Part shown: positions 8,848-16,539 of the stretch, piece after piece
How the letters are laid out: each line of letters starts with the position of its first letter
Position numbering within the stretch: the first letter of the stretch is position 1
Origin: a virus
Taxonomy: Duplodnaviria > Caudoviricetes
Length of the DNA: 27,792 nt
Strand: one strand, 5' to 3'
Virus record (IMG/VR): IMGVR_UViG_3300009424_000045
Span: 1-27,792 of that record
Made by a program: the position numbers and the translations under genes
The notes under the pieces: model-generated
Database searches by the model: none
What the model was told of the DNA's origin: nothing
Seen by the model: the letters and a program-made list of their open reading frames with translations, nothing else

Positions 8848-10050
8848 TTAAAGGCCAGCACGCCGGAAGGCGTTGGGTTTGAGCTTCCGCATCTCATCCA
8901 AGGTCAGGGGTTTGAAGTTCCGACCAAGGTTCAACTTCGCAAAGGTTGCGGCACTCATCCCACCCTTGCGAAACAATTCCGCTCTTGTCACCCCTAAAGC
9001 GTCATCTTGAAAGGCGGCGGGTTGTGTTTTAAGCCACTCGTAATATGTGGCCCCGCCGTCAACTGGTTCTACACCGCCCGCACCTGTCGCTGTCCGCTCA
9101 TCCCGCCGCGTAAAGCGACCGGAAGCGTCGCGCCTCAAGTAGCGCCCAGCGATCTCCGCCGTGATGCTTGAGCGGCAGTTAACATGAGCAGGGGGCAGAG
9201 GCCCCTTGCCAAACTTAAACACCTGCTGGTCGAGTGACCGGCAGATTTGAGACGTCTTGTTGTCAAGGATGGATATCCAGCGGTAGCCCATCAACTTAAC
9301 ATTGTCCCCGACCTTGATCCCGGCGCGCTTGGCTGCGCGGCTCGTGATGGAGGAAACCGTCCCCTCCGCTGTCACCTTGATCCGCCCTGCCCCACGGAGC
9401 TTGAAGATCGTCTTGTCCATCGTCCGGGCGCGGGCGCTTGCGGAAACATGCTGGACAGCCGTGTTGATCGTTGCCGACGTATTGCGCCGGGCACTGCCAA
9501 ACAAACCGTCCACGAAGCGCCCTTCGTTGGTGCCGCGGTAAGCGCGGATCACCTGCGCCCTTGTCCAGTCTTCTGCCGCGGCACGCCGCATAAGATCGGT
9601 TGATCGCCGCACCTCGTTTGCCGCCCAGCCGACGAGCCACACAGAAAGCAGCGCCCCGGTCGAGCCCATAGGCTGTTCCTGGACGAATGCCCACACGGGG
9701 GCTGCGTCGTCCTCGGTGACCGCTTCGATCTCAGGGACGAGGACTTCGTTGATGGATTCGAGCTCAAACTCCTGCTCGAATTGCGCGAGGGCGACGAACT
9801 CGCTCAGGAGGGAATCAATCCTTTCCTGATAGGCCCCCGCCTGCCCGTCGCGAAGCGCGTCCAGCAGGCGGCGACGTTGGACGGCGGTCAACACGCCCAT
9901 CCGCTCAACGCCAAAGCGATTGAGCAGGGCGACCAGGTCACGATTGAGCTGGACGAAAAGCTGATCCGTCGCCTTGAGCAGCCCAGCCTTGAACCGCTCA
10001 AGATAAACTTGATGCCGTGTGGCAATGTCAACTAGTTCTTCACTGAGCAT
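8848..10050 (-). CDS. Minor head morphogenesis protein (SPP1 gp7 / Mu gpF family)
   Basis: Signature YRWISILDNKTSQICRSLD...PPAHVNCRS; follows the portal gene. Confidence 0.9.
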   Translation of the reverse strand: MLSEELVDIATRHQVYLERFKAGLLKATDQLFVQLNRDLVALLNRFGVERMGVLTAVQRRRLLDALRDGQAGAYQERIDSLLSEFVALAQFEQEFELESINEVLVPEIEAVTEDDAAPVWAFVQEQPMGSTGALLSVWLVGWAANEVRRSTDLMRRAAAEDWTRAQVIRAYRGTNEGRFVDGLFGSARRNTSATINTAVQHVSASARARTMDKTIFKLRGAGRIKVTAEGTVSSITSRAAKRAGIKVGDNVKLMGYRWISILDNKTSQICRSLDQQVFKFGKGPLPPAHVNCRSSITAEIAGRYLRRDASGRFTRRDERTATGAGGVEPVDGGATYYEWLKTQPAAFQDDALGVTRAELFRKGGMSAATFAKLNLGRNFKPLTLDEMRKLKPNAFRRAGL

Positions 10051-11509
10051 TGGCTGGGTCCGTCATGTCGCCGGTGGCGTCGGCTTCGAGCGCCAACGCC
10101 TCCTCTCGGGCCGATGCGATGGACTCCTTGGCTACTTCGTCGTCCTCATAGGCGACGCCGGCCCTCTTGAGGTTCCAACGCATCTCATCCCAAGTGATCG
10201 CTCCCTTGAGCCAGGAGGCGACGATGTCCGCCCGTTCGGCCGGCCCAAGCGAGGCGGCGGCGAAGTCGGTAGACAGCTCGTAGTCGATGATCTCAAGATC
10301 TGTGACCACTGCGCCGTCAACAAACTGCCACGCCCAGCGCAAGCACTTGCGGTAGGCGTCGGACACGTTGCGAGCGGCCGTTCCGAGAACGCTGTTATCC
10401 ATCACGCTGTCAATCGCCGCCTCGGTGGCTGTCTGTTGTGTTCCCGTGTTCTCAACGAGCTTGGCACCGAGGGCGACCATCTGAGCCTCCTTGTGCTCCA
10501 TCGCTTCCTTGCAAACCTGGTTTGGCGCAACCTGCAAAAGCGTGGCGTCTCCGCCGACCGGCAGGGCGATTGCCCCGCGTGAGCCGAAGCGGATCCTGCC
10601 CTTCAAAACCTCGTCTACCCACTGCTTCGTAAGCCCGGTCAAGACTGGGGTCGCCTGGCCGCAGATAAAGGACGATTCTTCATAGTCCGCAGAGTTGCAA
10701 AAGTGCGCCTTGTTGAGCTCGGCCAGGTCGAGCAGGGGCGGACGATCAACTGCCCCCGTGTTTTCCTCAGCCCCGACGAAGGTAAACGGGATCTCCCGGA
10801 AGGGTGCGCCATTGCCGTCGGTCGGCATGTAGGTTTCGCTCGGCTGGCCCCCGTTCCCGTCTGGCCACAATTCCACCTGATAAACGAGACCGCCGACGCC
10901 CGGCACTAGCCGGAGGACGCGGTATCGGATATCGAAGTCCTCGGCAAAGCCATCATCATCGACAACGACCTGCTCCTTGAGCACAACAAGGCTCAGATAA
11001 ACGCGACTGCCGACGGTGACGGTGCGCCAGTTGATGACCTGCTCCGGCTCGTAGCGCGTGATGGTCGGGCGGATGTTGCCCTGCTGGGCCTGGAGCACAG
11101 TCACCGGCCCCGCGGTGCGCGGGTAATCGGTGAGCAGCCCGGCGCGCCCCAGCGACACGGTCGAGGACAACGTCTTGGCCGCCTGCTGGTTGATGCTCAT
11201 GCCCGAGCCGTCAACATCGACCAGGAGGGGCTCAAGCAGGGTCGGAACCTGAACCGCGGGGTCGGTCTGAAACACAAGACCCACCAGGCCGCGCAATGTC
11301 CGCCCCGTCACACCGTAGAACACGGCGCGGCCGAGGTAGCTCTCGTAGCGGTCCTCTCGGGCCTTCTCGTCCGGCTCGTTGGGATCAGGGTCGGGCAGAT
11401 AACGTGTGCGCTTCTTCTTCATCGCGCGCTGCCCAGCAACACAGTCGCGGATCAGCTCGTAGTCGGGGATGCGCTCGCTCAACGCAAGAAGAACAGTATC
11501 AACGGCCAT
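10040..11509 (-). CDS. Portal protein (DUF4055 type)
   Basis: 489 aa; RYESYLGRAVFYGVTGRTLRGLVG, YEPEQVINW, IPFTFVG and PPLLDLAELNKAHFCNSADYEE; follows TerL. Confidence 0.92.
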   Translation of the reverse strand: MAVDTVLLALSERIPDYELIRDCVAGQRAMKKKRTRYLPDPDPNEPDEKAREDRYESYLGRAVFYGVTGRTLRGLVGLVFQTDPAVQVPTLLEPLLVDVDGSGMSINQQAAKTLSSTVSLGRAGLLTDYPRTAGPVTVLQAQQGNIRPTITRYEPEQVINWRTVTVGSRVYLSLVVLKEQVVVDDDGFAEDFDIRYRVLRLVPGVGGLVYQVELWPDGNGGQPSETYMPTDGNGAPFREIPFTFVGAEENTGAVDRPPLLDLAELNKAHFCNSADYEESSFICGQATPVLTGLTKQWVDEVLKGRIRFGSRGAIALPVGGDATLLQVAPNQVCKEAMEHKEAQMVALGAKLVENTGTQQTATEAAIDSVMDNSVLGTAARNVSDAYRKCLRWAWQFVDGAVVTDLEIIDYELSTDFAAASLGPAERADIVASWLKGAITWDEMRWNLKRAGVAYEDDEVAKESIASAREEALALEADATGDMTDPANAQ

Positions 11510-11518
11510 GATGCCCCC

Positions 11519-13024
11519 TCAGCTCACAAAAGTGGTCGGGATATCGGCGAGGAACCGCCCGCCGCCCGACAAGACGCGGTAGCGCGTGTCGTCCCAGATG
11601 TGATCCTCTGCGCTCGTGTCAACGTCGTCCATGTTGTCCTCGTCTCTCGGCAGCGTCGGAATATACTTGACAAACTGGCGGCAATTCGCCGTAACGTATA
11701 GGCCCGGGCCAACCCCGTCAACTGCCGCTTCGAGTCTGTCGCGCGCAACTTGAAGACCGATCTTCCGCGATCCCGGGGCCTTGTCCGAAGGCTCCCAGTC
11801 GATGCCCTCGTCCGCCATCTTTTTAGCTATCGTATCGGTGTCCCGCTCGTTCACGTTGTTGATCTGATTATCCGCGGGACCGGGCGACGGCCGCCGCGCC
11901 ACCCAACCCTCGGCAACCAGCGCCGCTTCCCGCTCGATGATGCCCTTGGCGACCTTGGTGGCGGACATCTTCAGACCCTCGTTTGGGTGCCCTGTTGAGC
12001 CATACCACTCGGCTATGCGGATCAGCGTGCCGGCAGGAGGGCAGAAGGTCGTGCCGTCCGGCATGATCGCCTCCTCCCCGTTCGCCTCGGCCCACCAGCC
12101 CACACTGAACGGGTGAGTGGAGCCCCAGTCAAAAGAGCGATCAACCCGCCAGCTATGCGGAACTTTGAAGCGGGGCAGGATGTGGACACCGGCGTTCCAG
12201 ACATCATCGAAGGCCCCGCCGGCCACAATATCCCAGTCTCCCCACAACCAGGCCTTCCGCTTGTTCTCGTCGCGGATCGATTCCAGCTCCGCGACGTATT
12301 CCGGGGCCAAGTAGATATTTTCCTTGTAACTGCCGAAGATGCGGACATGATACTTGACCAGGTCAACCCGCATCTGTGTCCGGGGATTAAAGACGTTGTA
12401 GTCCTTGCGTATCAGCTGCCCGGGCTCGGCGGCATCGATGAACCGTTCCTTCACCCAGTTGTGGCCGGGGCCGTATGGGTTGGTCGTCGCAAAGCACACG
12501 AGAGGAATCTCTGGCAGGTATTCGATCTGCGACGAGCTAGGGTCAATGATCGGATGATCCTGCGGACGAAAGGACGAGCGATTGCAGGAGAACATCGCGT
12601 CAAAGAGTGTCGGCATGGCATACTTGCACAGCTCGTTCCATCCGATGAAAGGGAACTCCTGACCGTGATAATTCCAATAGTCAGCGTCCCTCTTTACCTG
12701 CCGAAACAGAAGCTCTTCCCCAGTTTCCCACACCCACTTGAGGTCCGAGGTTGAGGACAGGAACTTGGGCTTGGGGCCATCGAGCTGCGGAAACCAGCGG
12801 AGCGACTTCGATATAAGGTCGTCCAGGTTCTTATACTCGCGGTCGAAGATCACGCCGCGCCAAAAGCGCCCGTAACCGCGGCCAACGTGCTTCCGGAAGG
12901 CCATCAACTGGGCGTCGGTCTTGCCTGGCCCGCGTGTGCCTTCGTAAAGGATCACATGGGCGGGGCATGCAAGGGCGAGGGCCTGCGATCCATGTAAAGG
13001 GGTCCACCCGACGTTCTCAAGCAC
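11519..13024 (-). CDS. terL: Terminase large subunit
   Basis: 501 aa; Walker A GTRGPGKT, Walker B-like FIGWNEL, TTNPYGPGHNWVK, nuclease motifs FDWG and EDHIWDDTRY. Confidence 0.95.
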   Translation of the reverse strand: MLENVGWTPLHGSQALALACPAHVILYEGTRGPGKTDAQLMAFRKHVGRGYGRFWRGVIFDREYKNLDDLISKSLRWFPQLDGPKPKFLSSTSDLKWVWETGEELLFRQVKRDADYWNYHGQEFPFIGWNELCKYAMPTLFDAMFSCNRSSFRPQDHPIIDPSSSQIEYLPEIPLVCFATTNPYGPGHNWVKERFIDAAEPGQLIRKDYNVFNPRTQMRVDLVKYHVRIFGSYKENIYLAPEYVAELESIRDENKRKAWLWGDWDIVAGGAFDDVWNAGVHILPRFKVPHSWRVDRSFDWGSTHPFSVGWWAEANGEEAIMPDGTTFCPPAGTLIRIAEWYGSTGHPNEGLKMSATKVAKGIIEREAALVAEGWVARRPSPGPADNQINNVNERDTDTIAKKMADEGIDWEPSDKAPGSRKIGLQVARDRLEAAVDGVGPGLYVTANCRQFVKYIPTLPRDEDNMDDVDTSAEDHIWDDTRYRVLSGGGRFLADIPTTFVS

Positions 13025-13637
13025 GGACGTCCGCTTTCAGCTTCGCCTGCTGCCCCATTGCGTTCCGCTCCCAGTCTTCCACACTGGGCGAGTAGGGGAT
13101 GAGCAGAACGCCGCCCCGCACCCCTTGCGCCTTGGCAGGGTCGTCCGGGGGCAGGTGCATTCCCATGAGCTTGGCCAGCTGCCCCCATGCGGCGACCCGG
13201 GCGGACGCGCTTGCGCCCGGCCCGTGGTAGCATGCTTCTTCGAGCAGCCCGTAAAGGATGCGCTCCCGGGAGACGATCTTGTCAGATTCGATCCGGTGGA
13301 TATAATCCCGCATTGCCTGCTGGACATACGGATCGCGCTCGTATCGCTGAGCCTTCTTGTAGAGGGCTTGGGTCGAGGCGTCGGGCTTGGCCCAACCTAG
13401 GCGGAGCAGCGCCTTGACAGGGTTAAAGTCGATGATAAGCTCTTTGGCAAAGGCCTGCGCTTGCAGGCGATCAACCCGGAGCCCCTCGCCGCGCGCTGTT
13501 GCGGACGTCCGATGGGCCTGGATTATCTCGGGGGCGACGTTGGGAAGCGGGGGATCCCACGGCTTGCGCTCGCTGTCCTCGATTGCGGCGTCCACCACTG
13601 TGTCGCTGCGCTTACGCTTCCATGGCTCCTCAAACAT
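13017..13637 (-). CDS. terS: Terminase small subunit
   Basis: Motifs FAKELIIDFNPVKALLRLG and ARVAAWGQLAKLMGM; overlaps the terL start. ATG 13637 preferred; GTG 13685 is possible. Confidence 0.85.
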   Translation of the reverse strand: MFEEPWKRKRSDTVVDAAIEDSERKPWDPPLPNVAPEIIQAHRTSATARGEGLRVDRLQAQAFAKELIIDFNPVKALLRLGWAKPDASTQALYKKAQRYERDPYVQQAMRDYIHRIESDKIVSRERILYGLLEEACYHGPGASASARVAAWGQLAKLMGMHLPPDDPAKAQGVRGGVLLIPYSPSVEDWERNAMGQQAKLKADVRA

Positions 13638-13730
13638 TGCTACCCATTCCCTAAACCGGCACCGCCGCTCGTGGGAACCTCCCACGCTCGGGCAACGTAA
13701 CGGCAGCCCAGCGTAGCCGGCAAGCCCCGT

Positions 13731-14093
13731 TCAGAAAATTCCTAGGAACCTCTTGCGCCTTGTGAGCGCGGCCCGCATCGCCGCGTCTCGGGCGCGGCAC
13801 TCGGCCTCGAAGCGAAAGATTGCTTCCTTGTCATCGTTGGCCAGGTCGAGCTGTCCTGTCTGGGCGTCGGCAAAGGCTGCAAGGCTGCCAGCCGTGCGAA
13901 CTGGCGGGATCGGGGCGGACGGAGTCGGGGCACCGAGGGTCTTAGCTATCAGGCTCAGACACGTTGGCGCAGGCGGGGTCAGATTGAGTTGCTTCGCGCC
14001 GCAAGCACAGAGCATAAAGAAGGCGCTCATCCACAGCAGGAGGAATAGGGTCTTGCGCGCCAGGCGCGGCCATGATGCGGATGGTGTTCTCAC
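13731..14093 (-). CDS. o-spanin (Rz1-like outer-membrane lipoprotein)
   Basis: GTG at 14093 with AAAGGA RBS; signal ...RKTLFLLLWMSAFFMLCA-C lipobox; Pro-rich mature part; overlaps the 3' part of the i-spanin gene in another frame. Confidence 0.8.
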   Translation of the reverse strand: MRTPSASWPRLARKTLFLLLWMSAFFMLCACGAKQLNLTPPAPTCLSLIAKTLGAPTPSAPIPPVRTAGSLAAFADAQTGQLDLANDDKEAIFRFEAECRARDAAMRAALTRRKRFLGIF

Positions 14094-14331
14094 GGGTGAT
14101 CCTTTCTGTGACGATCTGCCGTTCCACTTTGTCGGCCGTGGCATCGACCGCGGCTTGAGCGTTTTCCGATTGCACGCCTGCCGCGGCACCGTCAACCCTC
14201 GCTGCGATGGCTTCATCTTGGAGCTTGTCGGGTCTGATGAAGAACCACCACACGAACCACCACAGGAGCGCAACAACGAGCAGCGCAGCCGCGCCGGCGA
14301 TGATCGGATTGGCTTTTGCGCGGCGGATCAT
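13942..14331 (-). CDS. i-spanin (Rz-like)
   Basis: ATG at 14331 overlaps the holin stop (ATGA); one N-terminal TM (IIAGAAALLVVALLWWFVWWFFI), helical periplasmic part, two C-terminal Cys. Confidence 0.8.
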   Translation of the reverse strand: MIRRAKANPIIAGAAALLVVALLWWFVWWFFIRPDKLQDEAIAARVDGAAAGVQSENAQAAVDATADKVERQIVTERITRENTIRIMAAPGAQDPIPPAVDERLLYALCLRREATQSDPACANVSEPDS

Positions 14332-14567
14332 GTGTGCTCTCCATAAACCTCTGGTTTCGGGGCTCGCATCTTTTCCCAGCCCCGAATCCCTATCACCAAC
14401 GCATCGAAACCGAGCATGGCGTAAAGCTCGTCTGATGGGATGTGAATCCCTCGCATTGGCAACAAAACGAGAATCAGCCAGGCATTGCAGGTGCAAGCCC
14501 AGCCGATGATCGGCCGCCACCAGGCCGAGGTAGCGGCGAGCCTGCGAGAAACAAGCCCGATAACCAA
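14328..14567 (-). CDS. Holin (GTA 3TM-holin family-like)
   Basis: 79 aa; WRPIIGW...AMLG...GIRGWEK motif matches the GTA_holin_3TM pattern; between lysin and spanins; TTG start is uncertain. Confidence 0.75.
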   Translation of the reverse strand: MVIGLVSRRLAATSAWWRPIIGWACTCNAWLILVLLPMRGIHIPSDELYAMLGFDALVIGIRGWEKMRAPKPEVYGEHT

Positions 14568-14570
14568 GGG

Positions 14571-14954
14571 TCAGGCCTTAACCACAAGGTGACGATCACC
14601 GCTCCGCCACATCCGCTCCCGGACAGAGCGGGGCAGGATGATGCAGCCCATGCTCGCCGTCCCCGGTGCGCGGATGCTGTCACCGTGGATGCGGAACGCG
14701 CTGCGCCCGGTCGGCTCGTGGATATCGTCAACCTTGGAATCGTCGGTCGAGTGGAGAGTGATGGTGAAGGGACCAACCCGCTTGCTATTGTAAACCCCGG
14801 CCATCAACCAGTTGCCGGCAGGGAGTGGTCCGACGCCGCGGACACCTTGCATGGAGGGGTTGTTTTTCCCGCGCCCTTTTCCTGAGTAACCCCGGCTCAC
14901 AAACTGCCCGTTGTGGGTCAGCTCGCCGCTGCTTTGGTCATACACCCATGCCAT
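14571..14954 (-). CDS. DUF2778/Tlde1-family L,D-transpeptidase-fold peptidoglycan enzyme, putative endolysin
   Basis: 127 aa; GYSG...NNP...GPLPAG...GRSAFRIHGD...ASMGCII carries the His...SxGC catalytic motif of the L,D-transpeptidase fold; occupies the endolysin position. Confidence 0.8.
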   Translation of the reverse strand: MAWVYDQSSGELTHNGQFVSRGYSGKGRGKNNPSMQGVRGVGPLPAGNWLMAGVYNSKRVGPFTITLHSTDDSKVDDIHEPTGRSAFRIHGDSIRAPGTASMGCIILPRSVRERMWRSGDRHLVVKA

Positions 14955-15327
14955 TGCTGTTCTCCCGTTCTTCCTGTTGTTTCCGTTTGATGCGGTCGAG
15001 AAAAGCGCGGGCGTTATTCTCCGCCACGGCGCGTTGCTCGACTGTCTCTGCGGTCAAAATGGCTTCAAGGTGATCCAACGCCTGTTGGAAGAGGTAGAAA
15101 TGAAGCTCCAGCGAGCGGAGCCCCTTGACCTCTGCGCGAAGCGTTGCCACCTCTACCTTTGCCGCTGCCATCTCGGCTCGCGCGCCCCCGAGAAGCTCAA
15201 GCGTGAGATCATCTCTGTGCTTCGAGACTGTGGCAACGTGCTCGTTCCGGAAGCGATAGGCCTGGACCAGCCATGACATTATCGCCGCAGCCCCGGCGAG
15301 GAGCCCTGTTGATACTAGGTCTAGCAC
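14938..15327 (-). CDS. Single-TM coiled-coil membrane protein (holin/antiholin-like)
   Basis: 129 aa; N-terminal hydrophobic helix followed by a heptad-like region; first gene of the lysis cassette, overlapping the lysin start. Confidence 0.55.
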   Translation of the reverse strand: MLDLVSTGLLAGAAAIMSWLVQAYRFRNEHVATVSKHRDDLTLELLGGARAEMAAAKVEVATLRAEVKGLRSLELHFYLFQQALDHLEAILTAETVEQRAVAENNARAFLDRIKRKQQEERENSNGMGV

Positions 15328-15387
15328 TGTGCCGACTGCCTTTCGTTAGAGGACCCTCGGCCCCCCGTCGCACAGCTCTGCGCGGCC

Positions 15388-15422
15388 TGTCAACACAGAC
15401 CCCGCCATAACATCGATTTAAC
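15388..15422 (-). promoter_or_regulatory. Putative late/lysis promoter -35 (TTGACA) with an upstream CtrA-like box
   Basis: TTGACA on the minus strand at 15393-15388 with only a poor -10; plus-strand ATAA-CATCGAT-TTAAC at 15407-15422. Confidence 0.4.
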
Positions 15423-15445
15423 GCTGGATTCTCACCCGTGCGCGG

Positions 15446-15703
15446 CTAGCGCAGATGACGCCTCCGGGCGATCATCACCATCCACGGAACGCGGATTCCT
15501 TGGGCGTCGTCTGTGTGACCCTCGAAGATGATGGTGTTGGCATCGACCAGAGCAGCACCTATGTCCACAGTGCGCCAATCGGGTGCCGCATCGATCTGTG
15601 CGGTGGCAGCCTTATACCAATGGGTCAGGCTTGCCTGCTTTGGAGGGTGGAAGCCCTTCATGGACTCCACCCTCCCGTTCAACGAGAACGAAGCAACCGC
15701 CAT
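15446..15703 (-). CDS. Hypothetical protein
   Basis: 85 aa; ATG overlaps the upstream stop (TGATG). Confidence 0.65.
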   Translation of the reverse strand: MAVASFSLNGRVESMKGFHPPKQASLTHWYKAATAQIDAAPDWRTVDIGAALVDANTIIFEGHTDDAQGIRVPWMVMIARRRHLR

Positions 15704-16053
15704 CAGTCGAGCCGCGAGCCGACGGTGGCGGCGAGGCCGAGGCGATGGGCGAGGACGCGGGAAAAGGCCTGCGCCCCGGCGCGCTGGCAGTCCATGTCCT
15801 GCCCGTTATATTCGCCGGGAGCCCAGAACTGCCAGCCACGGGGATAGCCCTTGCTGCCATAGTAACCGCGATCCTGACCGCTCTCGTTCTTCCGGCACCA
15901 GCGGGCGAGCGGGGTCGTGCCGTCAATGTTGACCCATGCGAACCCGCAGTTGAAGGGGAGCTCCTTGTGGTCAAGAACCCACTGCTTCATCGCCTCGGTC
16001 GCTGCCTCATGTGCGTCTTTGAGCACTTCGGCCAGGTGGTCGTTCTGCGTCAT
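15703..16053 (-). CDS. Conserved phage hypothetical protein (CGFAWV...SRLD type)
   Basis: 116 aa; GGAG RBS; the CGFAWVNI...AQAFSRVL...SRLD pattern is one I recognise from other phage proteins. Confidence 0.75.
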   Translation of the reverse strand: MTQNDHLAEVLKDAHEAATEAMKQWVLDHKELPFNCGFAWVNIDGTTPLARWCRKNESGQDRGYYGSKGYPRGWQFWAPGEYNGQDMDCQRAGAQAFSRVLAHRLGLAATVGSRLD

Positions 16054-16086
16054 GTGTCGTCTCCCGTGCCGTTGATCGGCATGGAC

Positions 16087-16115
16087 ACGTTAGCCCAAGG
16101 GGGAAGGAATAGCAA
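16087..16115 (-). promoter_or_regulatory. Sigma70-type promoter
   Basis: Minus strand TTGCTA-N17-TAACGT, just downstream of the tmRNA and upstream of the 16053 ATG. Confidence 0.6.
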
Positions 16116-16120
16116 TAGAG

Positions 16121-16445
16121 AAAGTGGCCCGTTCTGTTTCCCGGTGGAGCCATACCGATGCCAAGCAGCCTTAGGCTGCGAGGCGGAGTGCCGTTGCCGG
16201 CGAGTTGTCGTTGGCAGTTGCCTTCTTGTCAGCATCACGGGGCCAACCTAACCGGGCCGCGTTCCTCATCCCTTGCGCCTGTCGATCCTGGTTCGCCCCC
16301 AACATGAGCACAGGGCCTAAGCTCTATGAGGAGCCGCGACAACGACAGCCCTGTGCTCATGGTGGAGGCGGCGGGTGCTGCCCCCGCGTCCAGACGCTTA
16401 AAACTCGGACCGAATAACGGCCATACCCCTTTCGGGGATCTCGTG
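16121..16445 (-). ncRNA. ssrA: Circularly permuted (two-piece) tmRNA, alphaproteobacterial type
   Basis: Acceptor piece ends GGAC-GCGGG-GGCAGCA-CCCGC-CGCCTCC-ACCA (last A at 16360). Intervening segment 16359-16301. Coding piece starts GGGGGCGAACCAGGATCGAC at 16300. 7-bp acceptor stem with G3.U70; helix CAGGCGC/GCGTCTG joins the pieces. Tag frame ANDNSPATALRLAA*. Outer ends are approximate. Confidence 0.93.
16171..16215 (-). other. tmRNA tag reading frame (A)ANDNSPATALRLAA
   Basis: GCAACT|GCC AAC GAC AAC TCG CCG GCA ACG GCA CTC CGC CTC GCA GCC TAA; the stop lies in the hairpin GCAGCC-TAA-GGCTGC. Confidence 0.92.
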
Positions 16446-16446
16446 C

Positions 16447-16539
16447 TTAGTCGAGCGGCGGCAGGGGGTTGTTCTTGCGCCAACGCTTGCGCTGGATCTG
16501 CCACCGAGCGACGAAGTAGGATCGGAATCGTCCAAACAT
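16447..16539 (-). CDS. Small basic peptide, 30 aa (MFGRFRSYFVARWQIQRKRWRKNNPLPPLD)
   Basis: ATG overlaps the stop of the upstream micro-ORF (TGATG); ends right before the tmRNA. Confidence 0.5.
   Translation of the reverse strand: MFGRFRSYFVARWQIQRKRWRKNNPLPPLD

Noticed and set aside
13942-14520. ORF-track long starts for spanins and several early genes (14520, 14276, 20893, 19141, 18250, 25316, 26264, 26776)
   Set aside because: They overlap upstream genes or elements; downstream starts with RBS or stop/start coupling fit better.
16360-16392. tmRNA 3' end as a prophage att site or host-phage junction
   Set aside because: Both tmRNA pieces are complete, phage genes flank both sides, and no integrase or duplicated fragment is in the window. 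An integrase elsewhere in the genome cannot be excluded.
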